Assembly: GCA_965219445.1 (NCBI GenBank)
Contig: CBDCNQ010000002.1
Coordinates: forward strand, 672,001 to 736,000
Reading direction: 5' to 3'
DNA: 64,000 nt
DNA from: Longimicrobiales bacterium
GTDB lineage: Bacteria; Gemmatimonadota; Gemmatimonadetes; Longimicrobiales; Gaopeijiaceae
Below are positions 9,225 to 20,412 of this stretch, piece after piece. The notes under the pieces were generated by a model. That model was not told where the DNA came from. It searched no databases and was given only the letters and a program-made list of their open reading frames with translations. Both the position numbers and the translations under genes were made by a program. The stretch's first letter is position 1; every line of letters starts with the position of its first letter.

Positions 9225-10386
9225 CGGTGGACCACACCTCCAGGGCCGCCCCAACGCCTCCCGGGCAATGTGGCACGCCTGCAAGCGCCAAACCCATCTC
9301 GATACCGCACAGCGTTCCCGCGACCGTCAGCTCGTTGATGTCGCCCAGGTGCCCGATCCGGAAAACATCACCCTTCAGCTTGCCCAGTCCACTACCCAGC
9401 GACATGTCAAAGCGCTCCAGGATGATCTTGCGAAGCGCGTCGGCGTCCGTCCCGTCCGGCATCTTGACCGTGGTCTGTGCGGAGCTGAACCCCGATTCTT
9501 CGAGGCAGAAATTCTCGAGGCCCCACGCGGCCACGGCGGCCCGAGTCGCCCTCGCCAATCGAGCGTGCCGCTTCAGGGTGTTCTCCCGGCCCTCCTCGTT
9601 CAGCATCGCGAGCGACTCGTCGAGCCCGTAGAGCAGATTCGTGGCGGGCGTGTAGGGAAAGTAACCATTCTCGTTGGCGTTCAGCATCGTGCTCCAGTCC
9701 CAATACGACCGCGGCAGGCCCGCGTTCTGGTGAGCCTGCAGCGCTTTTGGGCTCACGGCCGCGAAGCTCAGACCCGGGGGAAGCATGAGACCCTTCTGGG
9801 AGCCCGTGATGGTCACGTCGATGCCCCACTCGTCGTGGAGCAGCTCCATCGCGCACAGGGAAGACACCGCGTCGACCATGAGAAGCGCGGGATGGCCGGC
9901 CCGGTCGATGGCTGCCCGAATGCCCGGAACGTCGCTCTTCACCCCCGTGGACGTCTCGTTGTGGGTCATTAGAACCGCCTTGATCGCGCCCTCCTTATCG
10001 TCGCGCAGGTGCTCTTCCACCACGGCGGGGTCGACGGGCCTCCTCCAATCCCAGGGCAGAGTGTCGACCGTGAGCCCCACGGCGCAGGCCACCGCCCCCC
10101 AGGTCTCGCAGAAGTGTCCGTTGTCGTAGCGCACGACCCTGTCACCAGGCGACAGGGTGTTCACCAGCGCCGCCTCCCATGATCCGCTTCCCGACGCCGG
10201 ATACACGAAGACGTGTTCGGAGGCCCCGAAGACCTCCTTCAACCCCGCGAGAATCCGCTTGCCCAGCTCCGCGAACCCCGGTCCCCGGTGGTCGACCGGC
10301 GGCCGGTCCATCGCCCTCAGGATCCGGTCCGGAACATTCGTGGGTCCAGGGAGCTGAAGGAAATGTCGTCCAGACCGAAATTTCAT
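9208..10386 (-). CDS. Class V PLP aminotransferase (serine/alanine-glyoxylate aminotransferase type)
   Basis: GRHFLQLPGPTNVP, HNETSTG, VDAVSSL, GSQKGLMLPPGL, PYTP, FRIGHLG; start at ATG 10386. Confidence 0.93.
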   Translation of the reverse strand: MKFRSGRHFLQLPGPTNVPDRILRAMDRPPVDHRGPGFAELGKRILAGLKEVFGASEHVFVYPASGSGSWEAALVNTLSPGDRVVRYDNGHFCETWGAVACAVGLTVDTLPWDWRRPVDPAVVEEHLRDDKEGAIKAVLMTHNETSTGVKSDVPGIRAAIDRAGHPALLMVDAVSSLCAMELLHDEWGIDVTITGSQKGLMLPPGLSFAAVSPKALQAHQNAGLPRSYWDWSTMLNANENGYFPYTPATNLLYGLDESLAMLNEEGRENTLKRHARLARATRAAVAAWGLENFCLEESGFSSAQTTVKMPDGTDADALRKIILERFDMSLGSGLGKLKGDVFRIGHLGDINELTVAGTLCGIEMGLALAGVPHCPGGVGAALEVWSTEGGDE

Positions 10387-10503
10387 GCGGCTGCAATCTC
10401 GGATGAGGGTGACCTCGTGCGCGTACAGGCGGGGTGAGCCGAGTAGCGAGCGCGAGAACGGATCGCTGGGCGCAAATAATGGCACGGCGCTACCTTTCCC
10501 GCC

Positions 10504-13440
10504 ATGACAAGCAGAACAACATCCTCTTCCGATCCATCCCTCGCCTCTTCCGATCGGTCTCTCGCCACCCGTCTCGGGGGCGAATTGGAAGGCGAAGTGC
10601 TCTTCGATTCCTTCAGCAGAGGGCTCTACTCCACCGACGCGTCCATCTACCAGATCGAGCCGGTCGGCGTCGTCGTTCCGAGAACCACGGCAGACGTGCT
10701 CCGGACACTCGAGATCGCGAGCGAGGCCGGCCTCTCCGTGACACCGAGGGGTGCCGGCACCTCGCAGTCCGGTCAGGCCATCGGCGAGGGGCTCGTAATG
10801 GATACGAGCAAGTACCTGACCGGAATCGGGGAGCTCGACCGGGACGCCCAGACGATCCGGGTCCAGCCCGGCGTCGTCCTCGATCGCCTCAACCGGGAGC
10901 TGGCGCCCCACGGATTCTTCTTTCCGGTCGACGTGGCCACCGCGAGCCGCGCCACCCTGGGCGGGATGACCGCGAACAACAGCGCGGGTGCCCGCTCGGT
11001 CCGCTATGGGATGATGGTCGACAACGTGAAGCGCGTGAGTGGATCCCTCGCCGACGGGACGCCCGTGAGCTTCGGCCTCCAAGTCCCGCCCGGGGGGGTG
11101 GAGTCCGAGCTGGCCTCGACCCTCGGGGCGCTCCGGAGACGGGAACACGACGAGCTGGAGCGCAGGATCCCGAAGGTCATGCGCAGGGTCGCCGGTTATA
11201 ACCTCGATCGAATCTCCCCGGACGGCGGTGACATCGTGCGCCTTTTGGTCGGGTCCGAGGGCACCCTCGCGTTCTTCACCGAGCTGGAGCTTCAGCTCGA
11301 GCCGCTCCCATCGAAGACGGTTCTCGGAGTGTGTGCCTTCCCCGATCTGGCGTCTGCTCTGAACGCGGTCCCGCCGATCATGGAGCTCGAGCCCTCCGCC
11401 GTCGAGCTGGTCGACGGCACGCTGCTCGATCTGGCCCGGGAGATTCCGACGCTGGGCACCGCGGTACGGGAATTCGTCCGTGGAGATCCGCGCGCCTTAC
11501 TCATTGTCGAGTTCTCGGGACCGCACGGAGATCGGGTTTCCGACGATCTTCACAGGCTCGAGGAGTTGTTGGGGGATCTCGGACACCCCGACGCCCTCGT
11601 TCGTGCCGAAGCCGATGACTTTCAGCAAAGGATCTGGGCCGTAAGGAAGGCGTCGATGAACGTCGTCATGTCGATGAAGGGGGACCGAAAGCCGGTCTCC
11701 TTCATCGAAGACTGCACGATACCCCTCGAGCACCTGGCCGAGTACGGCGCGCTTCTGGAGGACGTGTTCCGCCGTCACGGCACCTCGGGCACTTGGTATG
11801 CGCACGCCTCCGTGGGCTGCTTGCACGTACGGCCGATCTTGAATCTCAAGCTGGACCAGGACCTACGGGCCATGCGCGCCATCGCGGAGGAAGCGCATGA
11901 GCTCGTCCGGAACTTCGGGGGATCGCACTCCGGCGAGCACGGTGACGGCATGGTGCGCTCCGAGTTCCTGGAGCCGATGTTGGGGAGTCGGATCGTCGAG
12001 GCGTTCAACGAGGTCAAGTCGGCGTTCGACCCGTCCGGCACGCTCAACCCCGGGAAGATCGTCGACCCTTCCCGCATGGACGACCGATCGCTGATGCGCT
12101 ACCGCAGTGGGTACGCTCCCCTGCCTGTGACCACAGCGCTGGACTGGTCGACGTGGGGTGGGTGGGCAGGCGCCACCGAGATGTGCAACAACAACGGAGC
12201 CTGCCGCAAGACCGACCCCGGTGTCATGTGCCCCTCGTTCCGCGCCACCGGAGACGAGCGCCACACCACGCGCGGCAGGGCCAACTCGCTGCGGCTGGCC
12301 CTCACGGGACAGCTGGGCGCCGACGCCCTCACGTCTTCCGAGATGTACGACACGCTCTCACTCTGTGTGGGGTGCAAGGCATGCGGGAAGGAGTGCCCCA
12401 CGGGCGTCGACATGGCCCGCATGAAGATCGAGTTCCTGCACCATTACCACCGGCGTCACGGACTCCCCCTTCGCGAGCGTCTCGTCGCATGGCTTCCCCG
12501 GTACGCGCGGTGGGCGGCCCGTTTCCCGAGGCTGATGAACCTGGGCCGCCCGAAGGGGCTCCTGGCGCGTGCGGGGGAGCGGCTGCTCGGCCTCACCGCA
12601 AGCCGCGAGCGTCCCCGTTGGCGGAGGGACGTGTTCCGGGCGAGGAACGCGGTCCGGCGGAGAGAAGGCCCCGGTGACGGGGACGGCCGGCCCGAGGTTC
12701 TCCTCTGGGTCGACACCTTCAACACGTACTTCGAGCCCGGGAACGCCCAAGCCGCGCTTCGGGTCCTCGACGCGGCAGGATTCCGGGTTCGCTTCCCGAC
12801 CCTGCCAGGACGACCGCCCTGCTGTGGCCGCACGTTCCTGAACGCGGGTTTGGTGGATCCCGCCCGCCAGGAGGCCCAACGTCTTCTGAGCGCCCTCTCT
12901 CCATGGGTCGAGAGGGGGGTTCCCGTCGTGGGGTTGGAGCCGTCGTGCCTCCTCACGCTCCGCGATGAGATCCCGACCCTCCTTCCCGGTGGGGCAAGCG
13001 AGAGCGTCGCGGACGCCTCGCTACTCCTCGACGAATTCCTGCTGCGGGAGACAGAGGCGGGCCGGGCGTCGCTCGATCTCGGCCCCGTGGAAGCCCAGAC
13101 GGCCCTGGTTCACACGCACTGCCATCAGAAGGCCCTCGGCCGGGAGGGCGCGACCGAAGCCGTGCTGCGGCGGATCCCCGGGCTCGACGTCCACACGCTG
13201 CGCTCGGGATGTTGCGGTATGGCCGGAGCGTTCGGTTATGAAGCCGAGCATTACGACGTGTCGATGGCCATGGGAGAGCTCGATCTACTTCCCGCGGTGC
13301 GAAACGCGGCCCCCGACACTTGGGTGCTCGCGGCCGGTGTGAGCTGTCGCCATCAGATCGCTCACGGAGCCGGGCGTTCGTCCCTCACGCTGGCGCAAGC
13401 GCTGGAGGCTTCTCTCGGTGGACACCTAGCCCAGCCCTGA
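10504..13440 (+). CDS. FAD-linked oxidase fused to Fe-S/CCG domains (GlcD-GlcF/YdiJ-like 2-hydroxyacid dehydrogenase)
   Basis: [51 protein letters not shown] motifs. Confidence 0.93.
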   Translation: MTSRTTSSSDPSLASSDRSLATRLGGELEGEVLFDSFSRGLYSTDASIYQIEPVGVVVPRTTADVLRTLEIASEAGLSVTPRGAGTSQSGQAIGEGLVMDTSKYLTGIGELDRDAQTIRVQPGVVLDRLNRELAPHGFFFPVDVATASRATLGGMTANNSAGARSVRYGMMVDNVKRVSGSLADGTPVSFGLQVPPGGVESELASTLGALRRREHDELERRIPKVMRRVAGYNLDRISPDGGDIVRLLVGSEGTLAFFTELELQLEPLPSKTVLGVCAFPDLASALNAVPPIMELEPSAVELVDGTLLDLAREIPTLGTAVREFVRGDPRALLIVEFSGPHGDRVSDDLHRLEELLGDLGHPDALVRAEADDFQQRIWAVRKASMNVVMSMKGDRKPVSFIEDCTIPLEHLAEYGALLEDVFRRHGTSGTWYAHASVGCLHVRPILNLKLDQDLRAMRAIAEEAHELVRNFGGSHSGEHGDGMVRSEFLEPMLGSRIVEAFNEVKSAFDPSGTLNPGKIVDPSRMDDRSLMRYRSGYAPLPVTTALDWSTWGGWAGATEMCNNNGACRKTDPGVMCPSFRATGDERHTTRGRANSLRLALTGQLGADALTSSEMYDTLSLCVGCKACGKECPTGVDMARMKIEFLHHYHRRHGLPLRERLVAWLPRYARWAARFPRLMNLGRPKGLLARAGERLLGLTASRERPRWRRDVFRARNAVRRREGPGDGDGRPEVLLWVDTFNTYFEPGNAQAALRVLDAAGFRVRFPTLPGRPPCCGRTFLNAGLVDPARQEAQRLLSALSPWVERGVPVVGLEPSCLLTLRDEIPTLLPGGASESVADASLLLDEFLLRETEAGRASLDLGPVEAQTALVHTHCHQKALGREGATEAVLRRIPGLDVHTLRSGCCGMAGAFGYEAEHYDVSMAMGELDLLPAVRNAAPDTWVLAAGVSCRHQIAHGAGRSSLTLAQALEASLGGHLAQP

Positions 13441-13444
13441 GCTC

Positions 13445-14448
13445 ATGCAAGCAGTCGTCTTAACCAGGACCGCACCGGTTGACGAGTCACCGCTCGAGTT
13501 GTGTGAGATCGACCTTCCCATGCCTGGCCCCGGAGAGGTACGCGTCCGAGTGAGGGCGTGCGGCGTGTGCCGGACAGATCTGCACATTATCGAGGGAGTT
13601 TAGCGCCCGAGGTGAAGCGGCCGGTGGTTCCCGGCCACCAGGTGGTAGGCGTGGTCGATCGGCTTGGTGAGGACTGCGAGCATTTCGTGGTAGGACAACG
13701 CATCGGTATCGCGTGGTTGCGGAGCACGGACGGCACCTGTCGGTTCTGTCGCACCGCGAGAGAGAACCTTTGTCCAGAATCGCGTTACACCGGCTACCAT
13801 TACGACGGGGGTTACGCGGAATATGCCGTGGTTCCTGAGTCGTTCGCTTACGCCTTACCGGATGAATTCGACGACGCGACCACAGCACCACTGCTGTGCG
13901 CCGGAATCATCGGCTACCGAGCCCTCGAGCGCGCACAAGTGCCGTCCGAGGGAAAGTTGCTCTTGGTTGGATTTGGCTCCTCTGCTCACGTTACCCTCCA
14001 AATCGCCCTGTACCGAGGTCACGAAGTGTTTGTCGTAACTCGCAGCGAGGGACATATGCAGACCGCACGCGAGATGGGCGCCGCCTGGGCCGGCGCGGAC
14101 ACTGCAGCGCCGCCGGCGAAGATGGACAGCGCGGTGTTGTTCGCCCCAGTGGGACATCTCGTGCCGCCGATCATGGGCGCGCTGGAACGAGGCGGCACGC
14201 TCTCGATCGCCGGAATTCACCTCACCGACATACCTCCACTGCGGTACCAAGAACACTTGTTCCATGACAAGCAGATTCGGTCGGTCGCCGCGAATACGCG
14301 TGAAGACGGACGCGGCATGTTGGCGGAGGCGGTTCAGGCTGACGTCAAGCCACAGGTGACCACCTATCGGCTCGCGGACGTAAACAGGGCGTTACAGGAC
14401 ATGAAGCATAGCAGAACACATGGAACGGGGGTGTTGATGATCGACTAG
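13445..14448 (+). pseudogene. Zn-dependent alcohol dehydrogenase with a 1-nt deletion near 13595
   Basis: Frame from ATG 13445 reads ..[15 protein letters not shown] (TAG 13601). The rest (PGHQVVG, CRFC..ENLC, PLLCAGIIGY) is in the -1 frame. Confidence 0.85.
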
Positions 14449-14471
14449 GGCTTCCTCACTCCCCTCAACGG

Positions 14472-14870
14472 TCAGTTGACAAAGATCTCCATGATCTCCA
14501 CGGCCGTGGAGCCGCCGTTGTGGAACCCGTGTTGGGTGCCTCCCGCGAGGAAATAGGGGTGCCACGGTTGGACGTCCACGGACTCTGCTCCCTCCAGGTT
14601 CAGCTGCATGGGGCCTGAGATAGGAACGAACAAATGGAACTGGACCGCGCTGTGCCCGTGGATCGGGCGCGTGCCGCCAGCCTCCACGACGACCCGCAGG
14701 GCGCGGACCTCGGACTGTTCGCGCAGGACGGCATTGCTGACTCCCACGTTGCCCTCGCCCGTGAGCGGGCGGAGAGGGGAGGAGTGATCGCCGGTGACCG
14801 GCGGTGTCTGTGCCACCAGGGCCACGGAGAGCATCGCGAGTCCAACGGCTGCCACGGCGTACCTGTACAT
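14472..14870 (-). CDS. Exported cupin-domain protein
   Basis: Signal peptide; PIHGH and GGTQHGFHN cupin motifs; AGGAGG RBS. Confidence 0.78.
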   Translation of the reverse strand: MYRYAVAAVGLAMLSVALVAQTPPVTGDHSSPLRPLTGEGNVGVSNAVLREQSEVRALRVVVEAGGTRPIHGHSAVQFHLFVPISGPMQLNLEGAESVDVQPWHPYFLAGGTQHGFHNGGSTAVEIMEIFVN

Positions 14871-14999
14871 TTGGTTTCCTCCTGGCTAGTTCGGAAAAAG
14901 GCGAGAGCCCAGCTAAGCTGGGATAATGTTGCGGGGCCAAACATCCGAGAGGGGGCCGGTAGACGCAAGATCTCCTGCCCTCTCACGGGCAGGGGTCTC

Positions 15000-15464
15000 C
15001 TACTCAACCATATTGTAGCGGATGTTCAGCCAGGTGATCGATTGGGTCTCCCTCATGCCGTGGAGAGTTCCGGCCGGGATGAAGATCACATCGCCTGCCG
15101 CGATCACCCGCTCGACTCCGCCGACATGCTCGCCGTTGACCATCTCGCCCCCGGTCGCCAGGACGCCCGAGCCCCTCCGCACGACCCAGACGTCGACCGT
15201 CTCCGGATGAGATCGCATCGTCGACGTCTCCCGCGTGACGTTTTCGTCGTGCCGAATGTTCACGTTGTGCGTCACGCCCTCGAGCAGCCGGACGGTCGAC
15301 ACCCCCTCGGCCTCCATCATGTCGATTTCGTTCACGAGGACCTGGACCGGAAGATCGGCCGCCCGATCCGTCGGCGCGTGGTCACGAACCAACAACTGCG
15401 CCGCTGCGGGCGCCGTGCCACCGAGGCTGACGGCGCCAACCAACACCAGAATGTGAGTGCGCAT
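15000..15464 (-). CDS. Exported cupin-domain protein
   Basis: Signal peptide ending AAAQ; SHPETVD..GSGVLATGG..AGDVIFIPAGTLHG. Confidence 0.8.
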   Translation of the reverse strand: MRTHILVLVGAVSLGGTAPAAAQLLVRDHAPTDRAADLPVQVLVNEIDMMEAEGVSTVRLLEGVTHNVNIRHDENVTRETSTMRSHPETVDVWVVRRGSGVLATGGEMVNGEHVGGVERVIAAGDVIFIPAGTLHGMRETQSITWLNIRYNMVE

Positions 15465-15513
15465 CTTGAACTCCTAGGAAATAGTCCGCTTACCGTGGCC
15501 ATGCCGCCCTCGC

Positions 15514-15804
15514 CTAGCTCAGATGTACGGCCACCTGACCCTCGGAGATCGAGGGCGGGCTCACCCCCAAATCCGATGCGTTCGCCTGTACCCAATCCCG
15601 TGCAATTTGGATGCTCTCATCTGTACCTGTCTTGTCTTCACAGACCGTCACGGTGACGCCGCCATCATCCGTGTGGATCAGCGAATAGGATACGAAGCCG
15701 CTAACGGGACGGATGAGATCCTCCACCTCCCCCCTTCGCTGCTCTATTAACTCGAAAAGCTCTTTCGCCCCTGGACCTGAATAGGTTCTCACCACTGCAT
15801 GCAT
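15514..15804 (-). CDS. Small dimeric alpha/beta-barrel (ABM-like) protein
   Basis: MHAVVRTY..GFVSYSLI..ARDWV; GGAGG upstream. Confidence 0.65.
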   Translation of the reverse strand: MHAVVRTYSGPGAKELFELIEQRRGEVEDLIRPVSGFVSYSLIHTDDGGVTVTVCEDKTGTDESIQIARDWVQANASDLGVSPPSISEGQVAVHLS

Positions 15805-15861
15805 GACCTCTACCTCCCCTTGCGCGGTTAATAAGAACGCGGGCCAAGTCTCCGGGCCGTT

Positions 15862-16800
15862 TCAGAACTGAAGGGGCACGGGGCACGTGCTGCCCCTATT
15901 CTCCCCTCTCACCCATGCAGCCAGCTCCTGCCATTCCGGATCGTCCTGGGATTCCCATCGCTTCCCACCACCATGCATGGGTGTCCCCCCTCCATCGGGA
16001 TGAAGAGTATTCTGCAGAAACAGGCTCTCCATCGGGTACCCAGGGGTAACAAACCGCATTACGACTTCGAAATTCCGACGCGATTCCTCTTCATTCCAAT
16101 ATGCGCGCCCTTCCGGAATGGGGGGAGCAAACCCCCTCGTCCCCCCTGTGTGGCAGGTAGCACAAGGAACGGCGCCTTCCCGCGGATTGAGAAACACCCG
16201 CTGCACGCAACTGCGGAAGAAGTCGAAATCGACCTCCGGCGGAGCCGGGCGGGCGGCCACTGGACGGGCCGACCCGGATTCCACCCATTCGGCCAGGAGC
16301 TGCCATTCCGGATGGTCCTGGGACTCCCAAAACTTGCCGCCGACGTGGTACTTGGTGCCTCCCGCCTCGGTCGCGAGCGGCTTCCGAAGAAGACGACTGT
16401 TCTGCGGGAAGCCGGGGCTGACCAAACGCGAAACGACCTCGAAGTTGTGGCGAGATCGCGCTTCGGTCCAATACGGATCACCGCCAGCATCATGTTGCAG
16501 CGGCTGGAGCTTAAAGGGAGTCCCAACCTGCCATGAATGACACATGACACACGCGCCCGGGACCAGCCCACCCTCTCCATGCCCTCTTAGGAAGATCGGC
16601 TCGATGTTTTCCCTATAGAACTCGAAACTCAGGACGTTCTGTGCCTCGCCGGGGGAGGTCCACGATCCGTCGAATGCGGCCTCTGCGGGCCCCGCGTGAC
16701 TTCCAAGCACGAAAGCACCAAGAGCCACGGCGGCAGCTGACACCCAGAAGGTCGCCAGGACTCTCCGAGGCCACTCCGCGGTGGGCGTCATCTTTCCCAT
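15862..16800 (-). CDS. Di-heme cytochrome c built from two ~115-aa internal repeats
   Basis: CVMCH and CATCH; both halves share YW.E..SR.NFEVV...V.PG.P..S....HxGGKxWESQDxPEWQxLAxWV; AGGAGG RBS. Confidence 0.82.
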   Translation of the reverse strand: MGKMTPTAEWPRRVLATFWVSAAAVALGAFVLGSHAGPAEAAFDGSWTSPGEAQNVLSFEFYRENIEPIFLRGHGEGGLVPGACVMCHSWQVGTPFKLQPLQHDAGGDPYWTEARSRHNFEVVSRLVSPGFPQNSRLLRKPLATEAGGTKYHVGGKFWESQDHPEWQLLAEWVESGSARPVAARPAPPEVDFDFFRSCVQRVFLNPREGAVPCATCHTGGTRGFAPPIPEGRAYWNEEESRRNFEVVMRFVTPGYPMESLFLQNTLHPDGGGTPMHGGGKRWESQDDPEWQELAAWVRGENRGSTCPVPLQF

Positions 16801-16802
16801 GG

Positions 16803-17912
16803 TCACCTCCTGCTCGCTGCGTGTTCCGTCATGCGAATCACATCGGCCGGGACAAAGAAGGTCCGCATCCTCTTCGGCGAGTCCCCGACTTTGATCCGGT
16901 CGACGACGGTCAGTGTTTCCAGGTCTACGACAGTGGTCTCGTCGCGCCCCGTTGAGGCGACATACAAGTATCGACTGTCCGGCGTGGACGTAAGCCAAGA
17001 TGAAACGCCGACGTCTACGCCCCCGATCCATTCGAGATCCGGAAGAGTCCATCCAGCAACCCTGCCGGACACACGGGAAACAACCCACACGGCCGACTGG
17101 TCAGCGAGCACTTCGACACCGTGAGCGAGAGAGTTCCGCACCCCGAGGAGGTTGTACTTCGACAACGGGGCACGCGGTGCCACGATCTTGTCCACAACCT
17201 CCCTCTTCTCGAAATCCACAACCACGAAGCCCTCGAGACTGGATATGTTCACGAAGATCCGCTTGGTCGAGCCGTCCGGATTCGTCTCGAAGCCCATGGG
17301 GCGCACTCCCTCGGTCATAGCTTCCGGCCCTAGCGACCACGCGATCTCATCCGTGCTCGTGTCAATCACCGAAAGCGTCCGCGCCCCAATCATGCCCGCG
17401 GTGATGTATCTGCCGTCGGGCGTAGCGAACGTGTTGTGTACCCCCCCCGCCGTGGGAATGGACTTCACGATCTCATCGGTATCCATGTCGATGACCTGGA
17501 CCATTGGGGCCGCGGAAATCGCGGCATATACCTTACGGGCCCGGCTGCTGGAGGCGATGTTGTTGGGCCGCGCAGCCAGGGGGATACGCTTGATAACTTG
17601 AAGGGTGCGGGCATCGACGACGTCAACGCTGATGTCGTGCTCGTTCGTCACGTAGTACTTGCTGCCTTCGGGGTTGACCGTAATTCCATGTGGCAGGCCC
17701 AAGCCTTCGATGATGCCGATGACCTTGTTCGATGCCGGATCGATCAGGTGAGTATCGGAGCCGCCGGAGCTCGTCTGTGCAATAAGTAGGGCCGTCCCAT
17801 TCTGGCCCGCCAGCGGCGAAGTCTGAATCTGGGCCGCCAGCGGTCCCGCGAGGAACAGCATCCCCGCGGCAAGCAGGCAACTTCTGCGATAGTTGCGGCG
17901 TGCATTCGACAT
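16803..17912 (-). CDS. Exported YVTN/YncE beta-propeller protein
   Basis: Signal peptide; [15 protein letters not shown]; repeated VxVID blades. Confidence 0.85.
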   Translation of the reverse strand: MSNARRNYRRSCLLAAGMLFLAGPLAAQIQTSPLAGQNGTALLIAQTSSGGSDTHLIDPASNKVIGIIEGLGLPHGITVNPEGSKYYVTNEHDISVDVVDARTLQVIKRIPLAARPNNIASSSRARKVYAAISAAPMVQVIDMDTDEIVKSIPTAGGVHNTFATPDGRYITAGMIGARTLSVIDTSTDEIAWSLGPEAMTEGVRPMGFETNPDGSTKRIFVNISSLEGFVVVDFEKREVVDKIVAPRAPLSKYNLLGVRNSLAHGVEVLADQSAVWVVSRVSGRVAGWTLPDLEWIGGVDVGVSSWLTSTPDSRYLYVASTGRDETTVVDLETLTVVDRIKVGDSPKRMRTFFVPADVIRMTEHAASRR

Positions 17913-18090
17913 TCAAGCCTCCATGGTTGGTGATGGAAACTCAGCCCGGGATGAGGACACGCTCCTAACCTGGCCCAGCCGGAAGCAAACCGCCAGGCCA
18001 CCCCAGCGTACTATTGCCACCCAGCGGCTACGTCTCCAGTATGCTGGACCAGTTGAGAATCCTTATCACAGTCTTGCTGAGGGACTCGAG

Positions 18091-20304
18091 ATGGAAATCA
18101 CCCACCGAAGGGCCGGAGTGACCCGTGACGTAACAAGTGCGTTGGCCTGCATCCTCGCCACGGTGGCGTTTCCCGTGGCTGGCTCGGCCCAACAGGCCTC
18201 GTTTACCGCGGCGCAGGCCGAGGCGGGAGCCGCCGTCTACCAGAGCGCCTGCGCGGTGTGCCACTTGGCGAGCCTGCAGGGGTCCGGCGAGGCGCCACAG
18301 CTAGCGGGCATCGACTTTCGCACGTTTCGCGGAAACCAGCCCGCCGTGGAGCTGATGGACTACGTTCGCACCACGATGCCCCCCGGTGAGGAGGGGTCGC
18401 TCACCGACGAAGAGTACGCTGCGATCACGGCGTATATCATGCGCGAGAACGGTGTGGCCCAGGGCTCGACTCCGTTCAGCCTCGCCTCCCGGGGATCTCT
18501 CGTCCTCGGTGGGGGGGCCGTGGCTGGGCTTGTGCCGGGCCCAATCATCCCGCCCATTCCGGGACGACCGGGAACCGGACCCTCACCCAGGGGAGTGAAC
18601 TCACTGCCGGACGTCGGTTCCCTCTCTGAGAGCCGAACGGGAGCCACCCGAACGTATCGGCCGATCGCGAACTTCCTACCGGTTTCGGACGAGGAGCTCC
18701 GCAACCCGGACCCCGGTGATTGGCTCAGCCCGCGGGGCAATCTCGGGTCGTGGGGATACAGCTCGCTCGATCAGATCAACACCGACAACGTAGATCGGCT
18801 CGAGCTCGCGTGGGTCTGGGGGATGGAGGACGGGACCCGCAGCCAGCCCGCGCCGCTCGTCCACGCCGGAGTCATGTACCTGCCGAACTGGGGCAACACG
18901 ATCCAGGCGCTGGACGGTGCGACTGGCACCCTCCTGTGGGAGTACCGCAGGTCCTTCCCGGAGGGGATGTCGGGCGGTCGCGGACGGGCGCGTACGATCT
19001 CGCTCTGGGAGGACATGATCCTCGTGTCCACGAACGACGCGTACATGCTGGCCCTGGATGCGGCGACGGGCGAGATCCGATGGGAAACCCGCATAGCGAA
19101 CGAGCCCGGGCTCGGCTTCGAGAACTCGAGCGGTCCCGTGATCGCCAATGGCAAGGCGGTCAACGGGATCAACGGGTGCACTCGCCTGATCAATGAGAGC
19201 TGCTTCATCACGGCGCACGACGCCCGGACGGGGGATGAGCTCTGGCGAACCTTCACGATCGCACGCCCTGGGGAGCCTGGCGGTGATACGTGGGGTGATA
19301 TTCCCTTTGAGCTCCGTGGCGGTGGGGACGTCTGGAATACCGGGAGCTACGATCCCGACCTCGGCTTGGTCTATTTCGGCGTCGCCCAGGGCAAGCCGTG
19401 GGCTTCCGCGAGCCGGGGCCTGACCATGGCGGACTCGGTGCTCTACACGAGCTCGACGCTGGCGCTGGACGAGAATACTGGAGAGATCGTCTGGTATCGC
19501 CAGCACGTACCCGCGGAGTCACTCGACTTGGACGAGGCGATGGAGCAGGTGCTAATCGACGTCGATGGCGTTCCGGCGCTTATGACCAGCGGAAAACACG
19601 GGGTGCTCTGGAAGCTGGACCGGCGCGACGGGACCTTCCTGGGCATGAAAGAGGCCGTCTTTCAGAATGTCCTGGAGATCGACCCCGAGAGCGGCGCCGT
19701 CCAGTACCGGCCGGACATACGGGACGCCCAGGTGGGGGATTGGGTATCGGTCTGTCCCTCGACAGCGGGCGGGAAGAATTGGCACGCCATGGGCTATCAT
19801 CCGGGTGCGGGCGTCATCGTTGTCCCGTTGAGCCAGAGCTGCATGGACTACTCCGCGCGCGCAGTGGAAATGGTGGAAGGCGGCGGGAGCAGCGGAGGGA
19901 CCCGAGTCTGGTGGGAGATGCCCGGAACCGATGGCAACCTGGGCAAGCTAGGCGCTTACGATGTCAGAACGATGGAGGAAGTATGGAGTGTGCAGCAGCG
20001 GGCGCCCTTCCTCACCTCAGCCCTGACCACGGGTGGAGGGCTCGTCTTCATGGGCGATTACGATCGGTGGATTCGGGCGTACGACGTAACCAACGGTGAG
20101 CAGCTCTGGGAAACCCGACTGGCCACCGCGGTCCAGGGATATCCGATGACATACGAGGTCGATGGGGTGCAGTACGTGGCGATACCCGCGGGCGTCATCG
20201 GCGGCAGCCCCTGGAACGTCTCCCGGTTCCTGGCACCCGAGATCCGCATTCCTCCCGGAAACAGGCACAACGCCATGTACGTATTCCGGCTGAACGAACG
20301 GTAG
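18091..20304 (+). CDS. PQQ-dependent dehydrogenase with N-terminal cytochrome c domain
   Basis: Signal peptide, [31 protein letters not shown] repeats, [26 protein letters not shown]. Confidence 0.9.
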   Translation: MEITHRRAGVTRDVTSALACILATVAFPVAGSAQQASFTAAQAEAGAAVYQSACAVCHLASLQGSGEAPQLAGIDFRTFRGNQPAVELMDYVRTTMPPGEEGSLTDEEYAAITAYIMRENGVAQGSTPFSLASRGSLVLGGGAVAGLVPGPIIPPIPGRPGTGPSPRGVNSLPDVGSLSESRTGATRTYRPIANFLPVSDEELRNPDPGDWLSPRGNLGSWGYSSLDQINTDNVDRLELAWVWGMEDGTRSQPAPLVHAGVMYLPNWGNTIQALDGATGTLLWEYRRSFPEGMSGGRGRARTISLWEDMILVSTNDAYMLALDAATGEIRWETRIANEPGLGFENSSGPVIANGKAVNGINGCTRLINESCFITAHDARTGDELWRTFTIARPGEPGGDTWGDIPFELRGGGDVWNTGSYDPDLGLVYFGVAQGKPWASASRGLTMADSVLYTSSTLALDENTGEIVWYRQHVPAESLDLDEAMEQVLIDVDGVPALMTSGKHGVLWKLDRRDGTFLGMKEAVFQNVLEIDPESGAVQYRPDIRDAQVGDWVSVCPSTAGGKNWHAMGYHPGAGVIVVPLSQSCMDYSARAVEMVEGGGSSGGTRVWWEMPGTDGNLGKLGAYDVRTMEEVWSVQQRAPFLTSALTTGGGLVFMGDYDRWIRAYDVTNGEQLWETRLATAVQGYPMTYEVDGVQYVAIPAGVIGGSPWNVSRFLAPEIRIPPGNRHNAMYVFRLNER

Positions 20305-20336
20305 GCCCTGCGCCCGCCCGACATTGACTGGTCGCC

Positions 20337-20390
20337 GAGTGCGCTGAGCCAAGGAGTGCCCTGAGCAAAGGACGAGTGCCCTGAGCCAAG
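20337..20390. repeat. 3 x 17-bp direct repeat GAGTGCSCTGAGCMAAG
   Basis: 20337-20353, 20354-20370, 20374-20390; intergenic. Confidence 0.85.
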
Positions 20391-20412
20391 GAATGGAGAG
20401 GAGGGAATACAG

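Noticed and set aside
7754..9631. 625-aa plus-strand ORF and similar long antisense ORFs (e.g. 6504-7961, 47083-48435, 604-1326)
   Set aside because: Shadows of well-supported opposite-strand genes in GC-rich DNA, with no recognisable motifs.
10387..11148. N-terminal extension making a 646-aa aminotransferase
   Set aside because: It overlaps the divergent oxidase antisense; family similarity begins at Met 10386.
13585..13603. Programmed -1 frameshifting at the ADH site (also the kinase and MBL sites)
   Set aside because: No X_XXY_YYZ slippery heptamer at any of the three sites; simple deletions explain them.
20337..20390. Mini-CRISPR
   Set aside because: 17-bp units separated by only 0-3 nt.
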